Origin: a virus
Lineage: Duplodnaviria; Caudoviricetes
IMG/VR virus record: IMGVR_UViG_3300005605_000002
Span: 844-64,843 of that record
Length of the DNA: 64,000 bases
Reading direction: 5' to 3' (one strand)
The notes under the pieces were generated by a model, which saw only the letters and a program-made list of their open reading frames with translations, had not been told where the DNA came from and searched no databases. This document shows positions 9,107 to 18,682 of this stretch, in pieces. A program made the position numbers and the translations under genes. Within the stretch, counting starts at the first letter, position 1. Each line of letters begins with the position of its first letter.

Positions 9107-10090
9107 ATGAAATATGTTCTAGTTGATACAGCAAATACATTCTTTAGAGCTCGTCATGTAGTACGTGGCGATCTTGATATGAAAGTAGGAATGGCTTTTC
9201 ATATAACCTTTAATAGTCTAAAAAAAGCATGGAACAACTTTGATGCGGATCATATTGTATTTTGCTTAGAAGGCCGTAGTTGGCGCAAGGACGTCTACGC
9301 TCCTTATAAACGAAATAGACAAGCGGCTCGTGATGCTTTAACAGAAGCACAACAAGAAGAAGAAAAAGTTTTCTGGGAAACATTTGATAGTTTTAAAGAC
9401 TTTATTATAGAAAAAACTAATTGTACAGTCTTGCAACATGACGAATTAGAAGCAGATGATCTAATTGCAGGTTGGGTACAACATCATCCAGATGATAATC
9501 ATGTAATTATATCAACTGATGGTGATTTTGCACAACTAATATCACCTAAGGTAATTCAGTATAACGGAGTTTCTAATACAACTATTACACATGAAGGATA
9601 CTTTGATGATAAAGGTAAAAAGATTATAGATAAAAAGACTAAACAAGAAAAACTTGCACCTAACCCAGAATGGTTATTGTTTGAAAAATGCATGAGAGGT
9701 GATACAAGTGATAATGTGTTTAGTGCTTATCCCGGGGTAAGAGTTAAAGGTACACGTAACAAAGTAGGCTTAACAGAAGCATTTAACGATAAAGACACAA
9801 AAGGCTACAACTGGAATAACTTAATGCTACAAAGATGGGCCGATCACGAAGGTGTAGAACATCGAGTATTAGACGATTATAATCGTAATGTAGAACTATG
9901 TGACTTATCTGCACAACCACAAAATATTAAAGACAAGATCTTTAATACGATTATAGAAAATGCACAACCCAAAAATATACCGCAAGTGGGATTGCGGCTA
10001 ATGAAATTCTGTGCAATATACGATATGCAAAGAATAACTGATAATGCTCAGGCTTATGCTGAGCCATTACAAGCAAGGTATCCTGTATGA
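9107..10090 (+). CDS. rnh: T4-type RNase H / 5'-3' flap exonuclease
   Basis: LVD, SWRK..Y..YKRNR, EADDLI, STDGDF.QL, GDTSDN..PG. Confidence 0.88.
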   Translation: MKYVLVDTANTFFRARHVVRGDLDMKVGMAFHITFNSLKKAWNNFDADHIVFCLEGRSWRKDVYAPYKRNRQAARDALTEAQQEEEKVFWETFDSFKDFIIEKTNCTVLQHDELEADDLIAGWVQHHPDDNHVIISTDGDFAQLISPKVIQYNGVSNTTITHEGYFDDKGKKIIDKKTKQEKLAPNPEWLLFEKCMRGDTSDNVFSAYPGVRVKGTRNKVGLTEAFNDKDTKGYNWNNLMLQRWADHEGVEHRVLDDYNRNVELCDLSAQPQNIKDKIFNTIIENAQPKNIPQVGLRLMKFCAIYDMQRITDNAQAYAEPLQARYPV

Positions 10091-10599
10091 CTAACATAAA
10101 AGCAAAAGAAATATTAAAAAATAAGTTTTGGATAATTGAAGATGCAAATCAAGGAAACAAGATTGGTACATTATCCAAAGACGAGAATAACCATTATATG
10201 TATTATTGTCAGCGACCATGTGAAGGAGTAGGTTGCAGGACAAGAACTGAATATTACAGTTGTTTAAAAGATCTTAAAAAAGGTATTGGTGGAGAAATTC
10301 TTTGGAGTAATGCTACTATAAGTGATGCTAATAAAACAGTTTCAAAAGAAATTTATGGACTAGTTACTAGTACTGTTCCTTATAATGCAATGTACGATCT
10401 AAAAAGAAAATTTGCACTATTTACAAAAAGTAAAAAATCTAAGAGCTTGTATTGTGCAGGATACTTTATAATTCATTTTGAAAAAGGTTGGGTTAAAAGT
10501 TTATGTCCAAAACAAGTTACTTTAGAAAAATACGAATATCGCGGACCTTTTAAAACTGGATTAGAAATGCGTCAGGAGTTAAGCCGTGCAAACCGTTAA
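10087..10599 (+). CDS. hypothetical phage protein
   Basis: 170 aa, ATGA coupled. Confidence 0.75.
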   Translation: MTNIKAKEILKNKFWIIEDANQGNKIGTLSKDENNHYMYYCQRPCEGVGCRTRTEYYSCLKDLKKGIGGEILWSNATISDANKTVSKEIYGLVTSTVPYNAMYDLKRKFALFTKSKKSKSLYCAGYFIIHFEKGWVKSLCPKQVTLEKYEYRGPFKTGLEMRQELSRANR

Positions 10600-10828
10600 A
10601 CCATTAAACACTATTCCTTTACAACAATTTATTGATAAGGTAAAAATTGCTGATAATTCTAAAGCAATTGAAGTAAAGATAGAATTAAAAGAAGCTAAGA
10701 ACCTCGCTTTCACATTAGCAAGTGTAATGTCTAGATTACACGGAGACTTAGAAAAGCTAGTAGATCAATCTAATAAAACCGAAGAAGTTGTAAATATTAC
10801 AATGGATGGTGGTAATAGCTGGAAATAA
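10586..10828 (+). CDS. hypothetical protein
   Basis: AGGAG SD, GTG start, 80 aa. Confidence 0.7.
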   Translation: MQTVKPLNTIPLQQFIDKVKIADNSKAIEVKIELKEAKNLAFTLASVMSRLHGDLEKLVDQSNKTEEVVNITMDGGNSWK

Positions 10829-10842
10829 GCTGGAAATAAGCT
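10817..10842. repeat. 11 bp tandem repeat AGCTGGAAATA x2.4
   Basis: agctggaaata agctggaaata agct, spanning the stop codon at 10826-10828. Confidence 0.85.
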
Positions 10843-10918
10843 AATATACTCATAAATAAACTGCGTATATAACTGTTATTTTTAGATAAATAATAGTAGT
10901 ATATAACAGGATAAAGAT

Positions 10919-11209
10919 ATGAGTAGACCTAAACCCGAAATAATTTTAGAGCATGTTAATAAAAAAACATACCGCTCAGAACAAGTATTAAATGCAGAAG
11001 CCATCTGGGCTGTATTTTATACTAACAAACCATTTAATTTAAAATCATCAAATGTGCTAACAAACTATCCTGGGCCAAAATATAAAAAGGTTAGTTTTAG
11101 TAACCCAGGCCATGCACATAATCTTGCTAAAAAACTAAACGATCTTTTTAATACTAAAGACTTTACAGTTGTAAAATTAATAACTGGTGAAGTAGTAACA
11201 GAAAAATGA
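10919..11209 (+). CDS. hypothetical phage protein
   Basis: 96 aa, AGGA SD, preceded by TAAATA (10887-10892). Confidence 0.75.
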   Translation: MSRPKPEIILEHVNKKTYRSEQVLNAEAIWAVFYTNKPFNLKSSNVLTNYPGPKYKKVSFSNPGHAHNLAKKLNDLFNTKDFTVVKLITGEVVTEK

Positions 11210-11601
11210 ACTTAAAAGAAACCTACACTAAGGTGTTCTTAAAACAAGCCAACATATCAATTAATGAAAATACATTAAAAGAGTATATGCCATTATGGTG
11301 GCAGAATACTCGATCCAAAATATCAGGTGGATTACGATTAACAGAAGACGGATTTAATTTTTTATCCGAAACTTTAGAGTTATCTAATTATAATGTTCCG
11401 TTTCCTAAGGATTTTAAAGTTACGACTCAAGTTGTAATCTTCTTAGACAAGTTTATTGACTGTCCTTACTACCTTACTAACCAAGGTATTATAGTACTGA
11501 ACGAAAAGAAGGCACTCGAACTGCATCTTTTCTCCGGAGATTTAAGGAAATACGGACTTACTAAAGCTCTAAATCGGGCAAATAGCTCACTAAGTCCTTG
11601 A
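11206..11601 (+). CDS. hypothetical phage protein
   Basis: 131 aa, ATGA coupled. Confidence 0.75.
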   Translation: MNLKETYTKVFLKQANISINENTLKEYMPLWWQNTRSKISGGLRLTEDGFNFLSETLELSNYNVPFPKDFKVTTQVVIFLDKFIDCPYYLTNQGIIVLNEKKALELHLFSGDLRKYGLTKALNRANSSLSP

Positions 11602-11609
11602 TATTACTA

Positions 11610-11681
11610 CACTTTTTTTCGCACTTTTTTTCATCTTTTTTGCAGATTCTGGTTGACCTTTGACGATTATGAACGTATAAT
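11610..11681 (+). promoter_or_regulatory. sigma70 promoter with upstream phased T-tracts
   Basis: CACTTTTTTTC x2 plus T6, then TTGACC (11653-11658), 17 bp, TATAAT (11676-11681). Confidence 0.75.
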
Positions 11682-11732
11682 AGTATATAACAATAAGGCA
11701 CTGAACATTAAAAGGCAAACAAGGAGTACAAA

Positions 11733-12827
11733 ATGGAAAATCTAGCAGTAAGACAAGTAAGTCCGAATAGTGCAAAAGCAAGTATTATTCGAGCATTTAA
11801 AAAGAAACGTCCAATCTTTATTTGGGGTCCCCCAGGCATTGGAAAATCAGACATAGTTAGGCAAATTGGTGATAGCATAGAAGCCCATGTTATTGACATA
11901 CGTCTAAGTTTATGGGAACCTACAGATATTAAAGGTATTCCATATTTTGATTCTAAACAAGGTACAATGGTTTGGGCACCACCAAGCGAATTGCCAGATG
12001 AGAAAATGGCGAAAAAGCATAAACAGATTATTGTGTTTTTGGATGAAATGAATTCAGCACCACCGGCAGTACAAGCCGCGGCTTACCAATTAATTCTTAA
12101 TCGTAAGGTTGGTACTTATACACTTCCAGATAACGTTTTGATTGTTGCCGCAGGTAACAGAGAAGCTGATAAAGGTGTTACTTATAGAATGCCTGCTCCG
12201 TTAGCCAACCGTTTTGTTCACTTAGAAATTAAAGTGGATTTTGATGATTGGTTTGAGTGGGCTGTTAAGAACAATCAGCATCAAGATGTTGTTGGTTATT
12301 TGACATTTAGCAAGAAGGACTTATACGATTTTGATCCAAAATCACCGAGTCGTTCATTTGCTACACCCCGTTCATGGTCGTTTGTTTCCGAACTTTTGGA
12401 AGATGATGACGATGAAAATACCACTACAGATTTAGTTAGTGGTGCAGTCGGCGAAGGACTTGCCGTTAAGTTTATGGCTCATAGACGAGTGGCCGCAGAC
12501 CTTCCTAATCCTAGCGATATACTTACTGCTAAGGTTAAGAAGTTAGAGACTAAAGAAATCAGTGCCATGTATTCCTTAACAGTCTCTTTGTGCTACGAGC
12601 TTAAAGAAGCAAGTGATAAGAACGATAAGAAGTTTGATGATAAAGTTAATAACTTCTTAAGGTTCGCAATGGACAATTTTGATACTGAATTAGTAGTTAT
12701 GGGTATTAAATTGGCTCTTACACAATATCAACTTCCAATCGATCCAGATGAAGTTGATTGCTTTGATGAGTTCCATGAACGTTTTGGCAAATATATTAAA
12801 GCCGCACAAGGCGAGGCGTCGGCCTAA
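11733..12827 (+). CDS. MoxR-like AAA+ ATPase
   Basis: Walker A GPPGIGKS, Walker B VFLDEMN, AAGN, PLANRF, TPRSW. Confidence 0.9.
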   Translation: MENLAVRQVSPNSAKASIIRAFKKKRPIFIWGPPGIGKSDIVRQIGDSIEAHVIDIRLSLWEPTDIKGIPYFDSKQGTMVWAPPSELPDEKMAKKHKQIIVFLDEMNSAPPAVQAAAYQLILNRKVGTYTLPDNVLIVAAGNREADKGVTYRMPAPLANRFVHLEIKVDFDDWFEWAVKNNQHQDVVGYLTFSKKDLYDFDPKSPSRSFATPRSWSFVSELLEDDDDENTTTDLVSGAVGEGLAVKFMAHRRVAADLPNPSDILTAKVKKLETKEISAMYSLTVSLCYELKEASDKNDKKFDDKVNNFLRFAMDNFDTELVVMGIKLALTQYQLPIDPDEVDCFDEFHERFGKYIKAAQGEASA

Positions 12828-12839
12828 TAGGCGCTATTT

Positions 12840-12860
12840 GGAGGGGGATAATCCCCTTCC
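12840..12860 (+). terminator. GC-rich hairpin (possible terminator or processing site)
   Basis: GGAGGGGGA-TAA-TCCCCTTCC after ATPase stop; U-tract weak (AGATTT). Confidence 0.5.
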
Positions 12861-12869
12861 AGATTTCGG

Positions 12870-12898
12870 TTGACAATGAACATTAAATATAGTATAAT
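12870..12898 (+). promoter_or_regulatory. consensus sigma70 promoter
   Basis: TTGACA (12870-12875), 17 bp, TATAAT (12893-12898). Confidence 0.85.
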
Positions 12899-12922
12899 AT
12901 ACATATAATAAGAAATTGAGGA

Positions 12923-14206
12923 ATGGCACAAATGACTACAGAAATTTTAGAAAAACCAAAAACAGAAGAAGTTAAACTTTCACCAGAAGAATTAAAAGAT
13001 CTTCGAGCTGAAGTTTTGGACAAAATTATTGTTGCACGAATTGGACTACTTTTAAGACATCCATTTTTTGGTAATATGGCTACAAGACTTATTATTAAAG
13101 AATGTGATGATTGGTGTCCTACTGCCGCAACTGACGGTAGACATTTATTTTATAACTCACAGTTTTTCGCTAAAATGACAAACAAAGAAATTGAGTTTGT
13201 TATTGCTCATGAAATTCTTCATTGTGTTTTTGATCATATGACAAGACGTGAAGATAGAGATCCTCAAATCCATAATATTGCATCAGATTATATTGTTAAC
13301 AATACTCTAGTTAGAGATGCTATTGGTAGCAAACCTAAAGAGATTCCAATTTTCCAAGATTTTAAATATGAAGGTTGGACTAGTGAAGCAGTTTATGATG
13401 AGCTTTTCAAAAAATATGATGAAGAAGACCTTGAAAAATTAGGTAAATTACTTGACGAGCATATTGATTGGGATAAAGATAGTCAAGACGGCAATAGTAA
13501 AAAAGACAAAAAACAAGGTAAAAAAGGTAGTGCTCCAAGCTATTCTAAAGATGAGCTTCGTAAGATACGTGACGAAGTAAAAGAAAGTATGCTAGGGGCG
13601 GCACAGGCGGCTGGTGCAGGTAACATTCCAAAAGAAGTTGAAAGATTTATTAAGGAACTTACTGAACCTAAAATGAATTGGAGAGAGCTACTACGCCAGC
13701 AAATCCAAAGTACTATCAGAAATGATTACTCTTTCCAACGTCCGTCACGTAAAGGATGGCATACTGGAGCAATTCTTCCAGGTATGAACTTTGATACAAC
13801 TATTGATATTTGTATTGGAATTGATATGAGTGGATCAATTGGTAATAAACAAGCTGAAATATTCTTAAGCGAAGTACAAGGGATTATGCAAGAATATCAA
13901 GATTACAAAATTAAGTTATGGTGCTTTGATACTAAGGTATATAACGAACAAGATTTTACTGCTGACAATGGTCAAGAACTAGAAGACTATCAGATCATAG
14001 GTGGCGGTGGAACAGACTTCATGGCAAACTGGAAATATATGGAGGAAGAAGGGATTAATCCAAAACGTTTTATAATGTTTACTGATGGTTATCCCTGGGA
14101 AAAATGGGGTGATGAAAATTACTGTGAAACAGTTTTTATTATTCACGGGCATCACGATAAAAATTTAAAAGCACCGTTTGGTGTAACAGCACATTACGAA
14201 GAATAA
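12923..14206 (+). CDS. metallopeptidase-vWA protein (DUF2201-like)
   Basis: TAATDG, HEILH (HExxH), MIDAS DMSGS, GGGTDF, FTDG; adjacent to MoxR ATPase. Confidence 0.88.
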   Translation: MAQMTTEILEKPKTEEVKLSPEELKDLRAEVLDKIIVARIGLLLRHPFFGNMATRLIIKECDDWCPTAATDGRHLFYNSQFFAKMTNKEIEFVIAHEILHCVFDHMTRREDRDPQIHNIASDYIVNNTLVRDAIGSKPKEIPIFQDFKYEGWTSEAVYDELFKKYDEEDLEKLGKLLDEHIDWDKDSQDGNSKKDKKQGKKGSAPSYSKDELRKIRDEVKESMLGAAQAAGAGNIPKEVERFIKELTEPKMNWRELLRQQIQSTIRNDYSFQRPSRKGWHTGAILPGMNFDTTIDICIGIDMSGSIGNKQAEIFLSEVQGIMQEYQDYKIKLWCFDTKVYNEQDFTADNGQELEDYQIIGGGGTDFMANWKYMEEEGINPKRFIMFTDGYPWEKWGDENYCETVFIIHGHHDKNLKAPFGVTAHYEE

Positions 14207-14226
14207 ACGGCGTAACTGAGGAGATT

Positions 14227-14508
14227 ATGTTAACAAAAACAGGTATACCTAACGCCTTAAACTACTTCGGTATTAGAGAATTATCAGTGGCCCCACCACA
14301 TTTTGAGTACATAACTTTAAAGCAAAACTACAATTTGGAAGACGCTATTCGAAAGTGGATTCTAAAGAACTTAAAAAGTAGATTTTTTATTGGTAAAAAG
14401 ATAGATTTGGACAAAGAGAATACTATTACATCAATGGTCCACTTGGGATTTGAAGATCCAAAAGAGCTTTCTTATTTCATGTTGGCGTGTCCACTTTTAA
14501 AATACTAA
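14227..14508 (+). CDS. hypothetical protein
   Basis: GAGGAG SD, 93 aa. Confidence 0.75.
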   Translation: MLTKTGIPNALNYFGIRELSVAPPHFEYITLKQNYNLEDAIRKWILKNLKSRFFIGKKIDLDKENTITSMVHLGFEDPKELSYFMLACPLLKY

Positions 14509-14557
14509 TAAATAATGTACGTATATAACTATATAGATACTAAAAAGGAGAACATAT

Positions 14558-14902
14558 ATGTCAGACGGAAAACAAGCAATGGCACCAGAAGGTACTGATG
14601 CAACGCCACCTCAAAAGGCACCATCAGCACCAGGACCTGCCAGCGTTCCAAACACTTCAGCGGCACCAGGACCCGACGGGGCTCCAACAGGTAATCCTGA
14701 ACTTACTGTTCAAGATCTAGGTGTGTTGAAGACTATCATTGAAGTTGCTCAGACTCGTGGAGCATTTAAGCCGAACGAAATGGAAGCAATTGGAAAAACG
14801 TATACTAAACTAGATACATTTCTAACTAGTATTCAAAATCAACAAGTAGCGGCACAAGGTGATGCACCTGTAAATCCTGTTCCAGCTACACCAGGAGAAT
14901 AA
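14558..14902 (+). CDS. hypothetical protein with Pro/Ala-rich termini
   Basis: AAGGAG SD; helical core with RGAFK. Confidence 0.75.
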   Translation: MSDGKQAMAPEGTDATPPQKAPSAPGPASVPNTSAAPGPDGAPTGNPELTVQDLGVLKTIIEVAQTRGAFKPNEMEAIGKTYTKLDTFLTSIQNQQVAAQGDAPVNPVPATPGE

Positions 14903-14905
14903 ATT

Positions 14906-15523
14906 ATGGCTGACTTAAAACATATTGGTCGCATAAAAGATACAAAACGTAAGGTTGCGGTAGTATTCCGTACTTTACCTGACGAGCCAGAGTCATGTTT
15001 GGTTTGTCCAACAGAGACTTTAAGAGACGAAGATCATGATCTCTTAATTAAATTAATTGAAAGCAATGCCGGACAGAATGCTGAAGAATTAGCAGATGCT
15101 ATGCAACGTACACCACTAGGTGATGGTAGCATTATGTTAGCACGTTTTCATACAGGCGGATTCTTAACTAAAGTTAGTACTTCTAACATTGAGATGACAC
15201 CTAATACAACTACTACACTATCACTAAATGAGTTAAACGAAACGATTGCTCAGCAAAAAGGTGTACAAGTTAAAGACTTAGCAGTAGGTGGATCATCAGT
15301 AGAAGAAGTAGGATCTGTTACAGATCAAAGCACAGCACCAGCACCTAAAATGGCTACTAATGACGATGCTACATCTACTAAAGAACAAGCATTATCTGAT
15401 GAAGATTTAGCTAATAAGATGCGTAAAGACGCTGACTCTCTGTTTAAAGAAGCAACTGAGCTACGTAAACAAGCAGATAAGTTGAGCCCTAGCAAAAAGG
15501 CCGGCTCGCGTGGTAAGGCCTAA
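14906..15523 (+). CDS. hypothetical phage protein
   Basis: 205 aa, AGGAG SD, C-terminal coiled coil. Confidence 0.75.
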   Translation: MADLKHIGRIKDTKRKVAVVFRTLPDEPESCLVCPTETLRDEDHDLLIKLIESNAGQNAEELADAMQRTPLGDGSIMLARFHTGGFLTKVSTSNIEMTPNTTTTLSLNELNETIAQQKGVQVKDLAVGGSSVEEVGSVTDQSTAPAPKMATNDDATSTKEQALSDEDLANKMRKDADSLFKEATELRKQADKLSPSKKAGSRGKA

Positions 15524-15827
15524 GAAGAGGCTACCACAAGAAGTTATTAATAAGTGGCCAGAGGTTTTTAAAGACCTTGATATTAAAGCTATCCCGATTG
15601 AATATCTGCATTCTGTCAGAGTTAAATTCGGGAATGGCAAGGTATGGGATGTACTTATTAAAGATAGACAGAATCCTAATCCTGTAGGATATCTTGAAAA
15701 GATACTGAAAGATTTGTTTTCAACCTACGATGCTACTATCAAACACGTTGATTTTAGAGTAGATGTAGAACAAGTTAAAAAAGACATACAAAAACGTACA
15801 AGTAAGTTCTTAAAGAAGAATAAATAA
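15510..15827 (+). CDS. hypothetical phage protein
   Basis: 105 aa, GTG start overlapping the previous gene. Confidence 0.65.
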   Translation: MVRPKKRLPQEVINKWPEVFKDLDIKAIPIEYLHSVRVKFGNGKVWDVLIKDRQNPNPVGYLEKILKDLFSTYDATIKHVDFRVDVEQVKKDIQKRTSKFLKKNK

Positions 15828-15875
15828 AATTGTATTCAGGATAAATACATATAAGATATCCAGGAGTTAAAAAGA

Positions 15876-17234
15876 ATGGCTTTAAGACTAAGAAGAGGTA
15901 CAAACAGCGAACGAGGCTTAATTACGCCTGCTGACGGTGAATTAGTCTATACTACAGATACTAAAAGACTGTATATAGGTGATGGAACTACTGTAGGTGG
16001 TAATCCAGTTGATACTGCTGGTACGGCTTTTGGTTCTAACGTTGATCTAAATAATTACGACTTAACAGGTACTGGTAATATTAATATTACTGGTAGTATT
16101 ACAGCAACAGGCAATATTACAGCAGATGGAAATTTAACATTAGGCGGCAACCTTATTATAGGTGATGCACCTAGCGATACTGTTAGTTTTTTAGCTAAAG
16201 TAGAAAGCCATGTTCTTCCTGATGTTGACGGTGCAAGAAATCTTGGATCTAGCACTAACAAATTTAATCAAATTTGGGCTAATACTGTTCATGTTACTGA
16301 TGATATAATTTCCCCAAGTGTTAATGCAAATATTGTCGGAGACGATAGTACAGTTTTACTTAATAGAGCAACTGGAGCCTTAAATGCTACAGGTATTCTT
16401 AAAGGTGATGTTAAAGCCGTTGATGATAGCTATTTTTATAATGCAACATCAAAAGCCGTTGTTGCTGGACAAGGTACATTTAGTGGAGTAGTACAAGCTA
16501 GTAGTTTCGTAGGAAGTATAGTAGGCGATGTTCAAGGTACTGTATTTGGTGATGACTCAACTGTATTAGTAGACGGAATTAACGGAACACTTAGTAACGG
16601 AACACTTACATTTAGTGAAGGCGTTCTTGATATTACATCACAAGCAGGAATTGGTAGATATTTAACTATTGGTAAAGATACTGATATAGAAACTCAAGGA
16701 CTTATTTTTAAAGCAGGTTCGGCGGCAGGTAAATTTCTTCAAGTAGAAAGTTTATCAACTGGAACACAATCTACAGGTATAGTTTACAAAGTTTCAAGAG
16801 GCGACCTAGCAACTAAAACAGCTTTACAGGCAGGCGACGAGCTAACATCAATTAAAGTACACGGACACGACGGCACTAACGAAGACACAGTATCAAGTCT
16901 AGTTCAATTTTCTGTTGAAGATGGTGCAACAGTTTCAAACGGTGCAGTACCAGGTAAGATTTTCATTATATCAACACCAGACAATGGTGGAACTTGGGCT
17001 GGTATATCAGTTGACAGTGGTGGAAGACTTTGTGTTGGTGGAACACTAGTTGCAAACTCTGATACAAACTTAGACGTTACAGGTAATGCACAAGTAACTG
17101 GTTATATGAAAATTGGTAACTTAACTACAGTTGAAAGAGATGCATTAACACCAACAGATGGTATGATAATCTACAATACTACTGATTCTAAATTCCAAGG
17201 ACGCACTGGCGTGGCTTGGGTCGACTTACATTAA
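15876..17234 (+). CDS. tail fibre / virion fibre-like protein
   Basis: MALRLRRGT..GELVYTTDTKRLYIGDG N-terminal fibre motif, G-N/S-I-T repeats, repeated GDDSTVL, C-terminal GMIIYNTT; TAAATA at 15842. Confidence 0.75.
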   Translation: MALRLRRGTNSERGLITPADGELVYTTDTKRLYIGDGTTVGGNPVDTAGTAFGSNVDLNNYDLTGTGNINITGSITATGNITADGNLTLGGNLIIGDAPSDTVSFLAKVESHVLPDVDGARNLGSSTNKFNQIWANTVHVTDDIISPSVNANIVGDDSTVLLNRATGALNATGILKGDVKAVDDSYFYNATSKAVVAGQGTFSGVVQASSFVGSIVGDVQGTVFGDDSTVLVDGINGTLSNGTLTFSEGVLDITSQAGIGRYLTIGKDTDIETQGLIFKAGSAAGKFLQVESLSTGTQSTGIVYKVSRGDLATKTALQAGDELTSIKVHGHDGTNEDTVSSLVQFSVEDGATVSNGAVPGKIFIISTPDNGGTWAGISVDSGGRLCVGGTLVANSDTNLDVTGNAQVTGYMKIGNLTTVERDALTPTDGMIIYNTTDSKFQGRTGVAWVDLH

Positions 17235-18313
17235 GCTATATAACGATCAGGTACAGTATCTAATAATGGTAACCCATTATTAATATGTGCATCACGTAAG
17301 ATGATTTGATGTAAAAAGTTACTTACAGGTTTTCCCGGAACAAAATAAGCATAAGGTCCACATTTTAATTGTTCCATATCAATAGTTCTAGCATCACACC
17401 ATTGAATAATTCTATGAACAAGACCGTTAATCTTAACCATATAATGATATAAATTATCGTCTCCTGGTATTTTCTCCCAAGTCCATCCTTTTTTATCAGC
17501 AATACTTTTTATAAGTTTTACGTGATCACTTAAAAAGAATCTAGGTTCATCTGGAGTTCTACCTATATCTGAACCAGCTCTAATTCTATATTCAGTTCTT
17601 GGGTGATTTTTTAGACCCATAGCTTGTATTTCTTCCATTACATCGTCTACTTGGTCTATATGTTCTACTGTATAAAATATTTTCTCTACACACATACCTT
17701 CTTCATTACAAATATCTATACCAGCTACTTGCTTTCCATGTACTACTTTACCTTGATAAGACTCATGGTTTAAACTTAGAACAGCCATTTTAAGGCCAGC
17801 GTCTACAAGTGACTTAACATAATTTCTTTTGGAAAGTTTAACACCATTAGTCATAATACAAACATCATTTCCTCTGTCTGTAATAGCTTTAATTAATTCA
17901 GGTAAATCTTTACGTACTGTACATTCAGCACCTGAAAGGAATACAGTATCCATAGTAGATCGTGTTTGCTCCGTTATCATTTTAAAGATATGGTCAAAAG
18001 ATTTATCTATTATTTTATTATCGGGTTGTAGATAACAATGAGGACATTCTAAATTACAACGATCAGTTACTTCAAATAAAATACAATTTTCATAATTACT
18101 ATCATGATCTTCATCTATAGTATTCTTTCCAGTAGTAACTCTATTATATATTAAACTATTGTAAAATTCAACATCCTTTTCAATACATTCTTCCATATGA
18201 CCATGTTCGGGACACGTTTTAATAAGATAAACTCCATTATCTTTAGTAACACGGTCAGCTGGTATGTGTCTATAACACGTATGACATAAACTTAATGTTT
18301 CTCGATCTTTCAT
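17231..18313 (-). CDS. radical SAM protein with N-terminal Cys/His metal ribbon (MJ0619/Tes-like architecture)
   Basis: SLCHTC...KTCPEHG, CNLECPHC, SGAECT, MTNG. Confidence 0.8.
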   Translation of the reverse strand: MKDRETLSLCHTCYRHIPADRVTKDNGVYLIKTCPEHGHMEECIEKDVEFYNSLIYNRVTTGKNTIDEDHDSNYENCILFEVTDRCNLECPHCYLQPDNKIIDKSFDHIFKMITEQTRSTMDTVFLSGAECTVRKDLPELIKAITDRGNDVCIMTNGVKLSKRNYVKSLVDAGLKMAVLSLNHESYQGKVVHGKQVAGIDICNEEGMCVEKIFYTVEHIDQVDDVMEEIQAMGLKNHPRTEYRIRAGSDIGRTPDEPRFFLSDHVKLIKSIADKKGWTWEKIPGDDNLYHYMVKINGLVHRIIQWCDARTIDMEQLKCGPYAYFVPGKPVSNFLHQIILRDAHINNGLPLLDTVPDRYIA

Positions 18314-18322
18314 TTAATTACC

Positions 18323-18673
18323 CTAGTAGCTATATTTATCATCATCATAATAATCCATATGTCCCCTAGACATATTTGAACAATCAATTCTAACTTTCAA
18401 TTCGACCCTTTGTCTATCTTGTAGAATCGGGTCGATATCTAAAACTAATAAACACTTTTTACAAACGGCATCCATCTTGTTCCATTTCATATTTACTGCA
18501 ATTGCAGGCAATAAATTAATCCCTTGATGGTGTCTTCCGTCTTGTCCATCGTGTTCAATTGGTACATCTACTCGACCTTGGCACGATGGACAATAAATCA
18601 TTAAGGTATCTTTCTTCTTTTGCTCTTGTGCTTCTGCTACATCTGATGGGTGTGCGAAATGTCCCTCAAGCAT
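18323..18673 (-). CDS. small Zn-ribbon-like protein
   Basis: CPSC and CKKC pairs; AAGGAG SD. Confidence 0.6.
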   Translation of the reverse strand: MLEGHFAHPSDVAEAQEQKKKDTLMIYCPSCQGRVDVPIEHDGQDGRHHQGINLLPAIAVNMKWNKMDAVCKKCLLVLDIDPILQDRQRVELKVRIDCSNMSRGHMDYYDDDKYSY

Positions 18674-18682
18674 AATTTCTCC

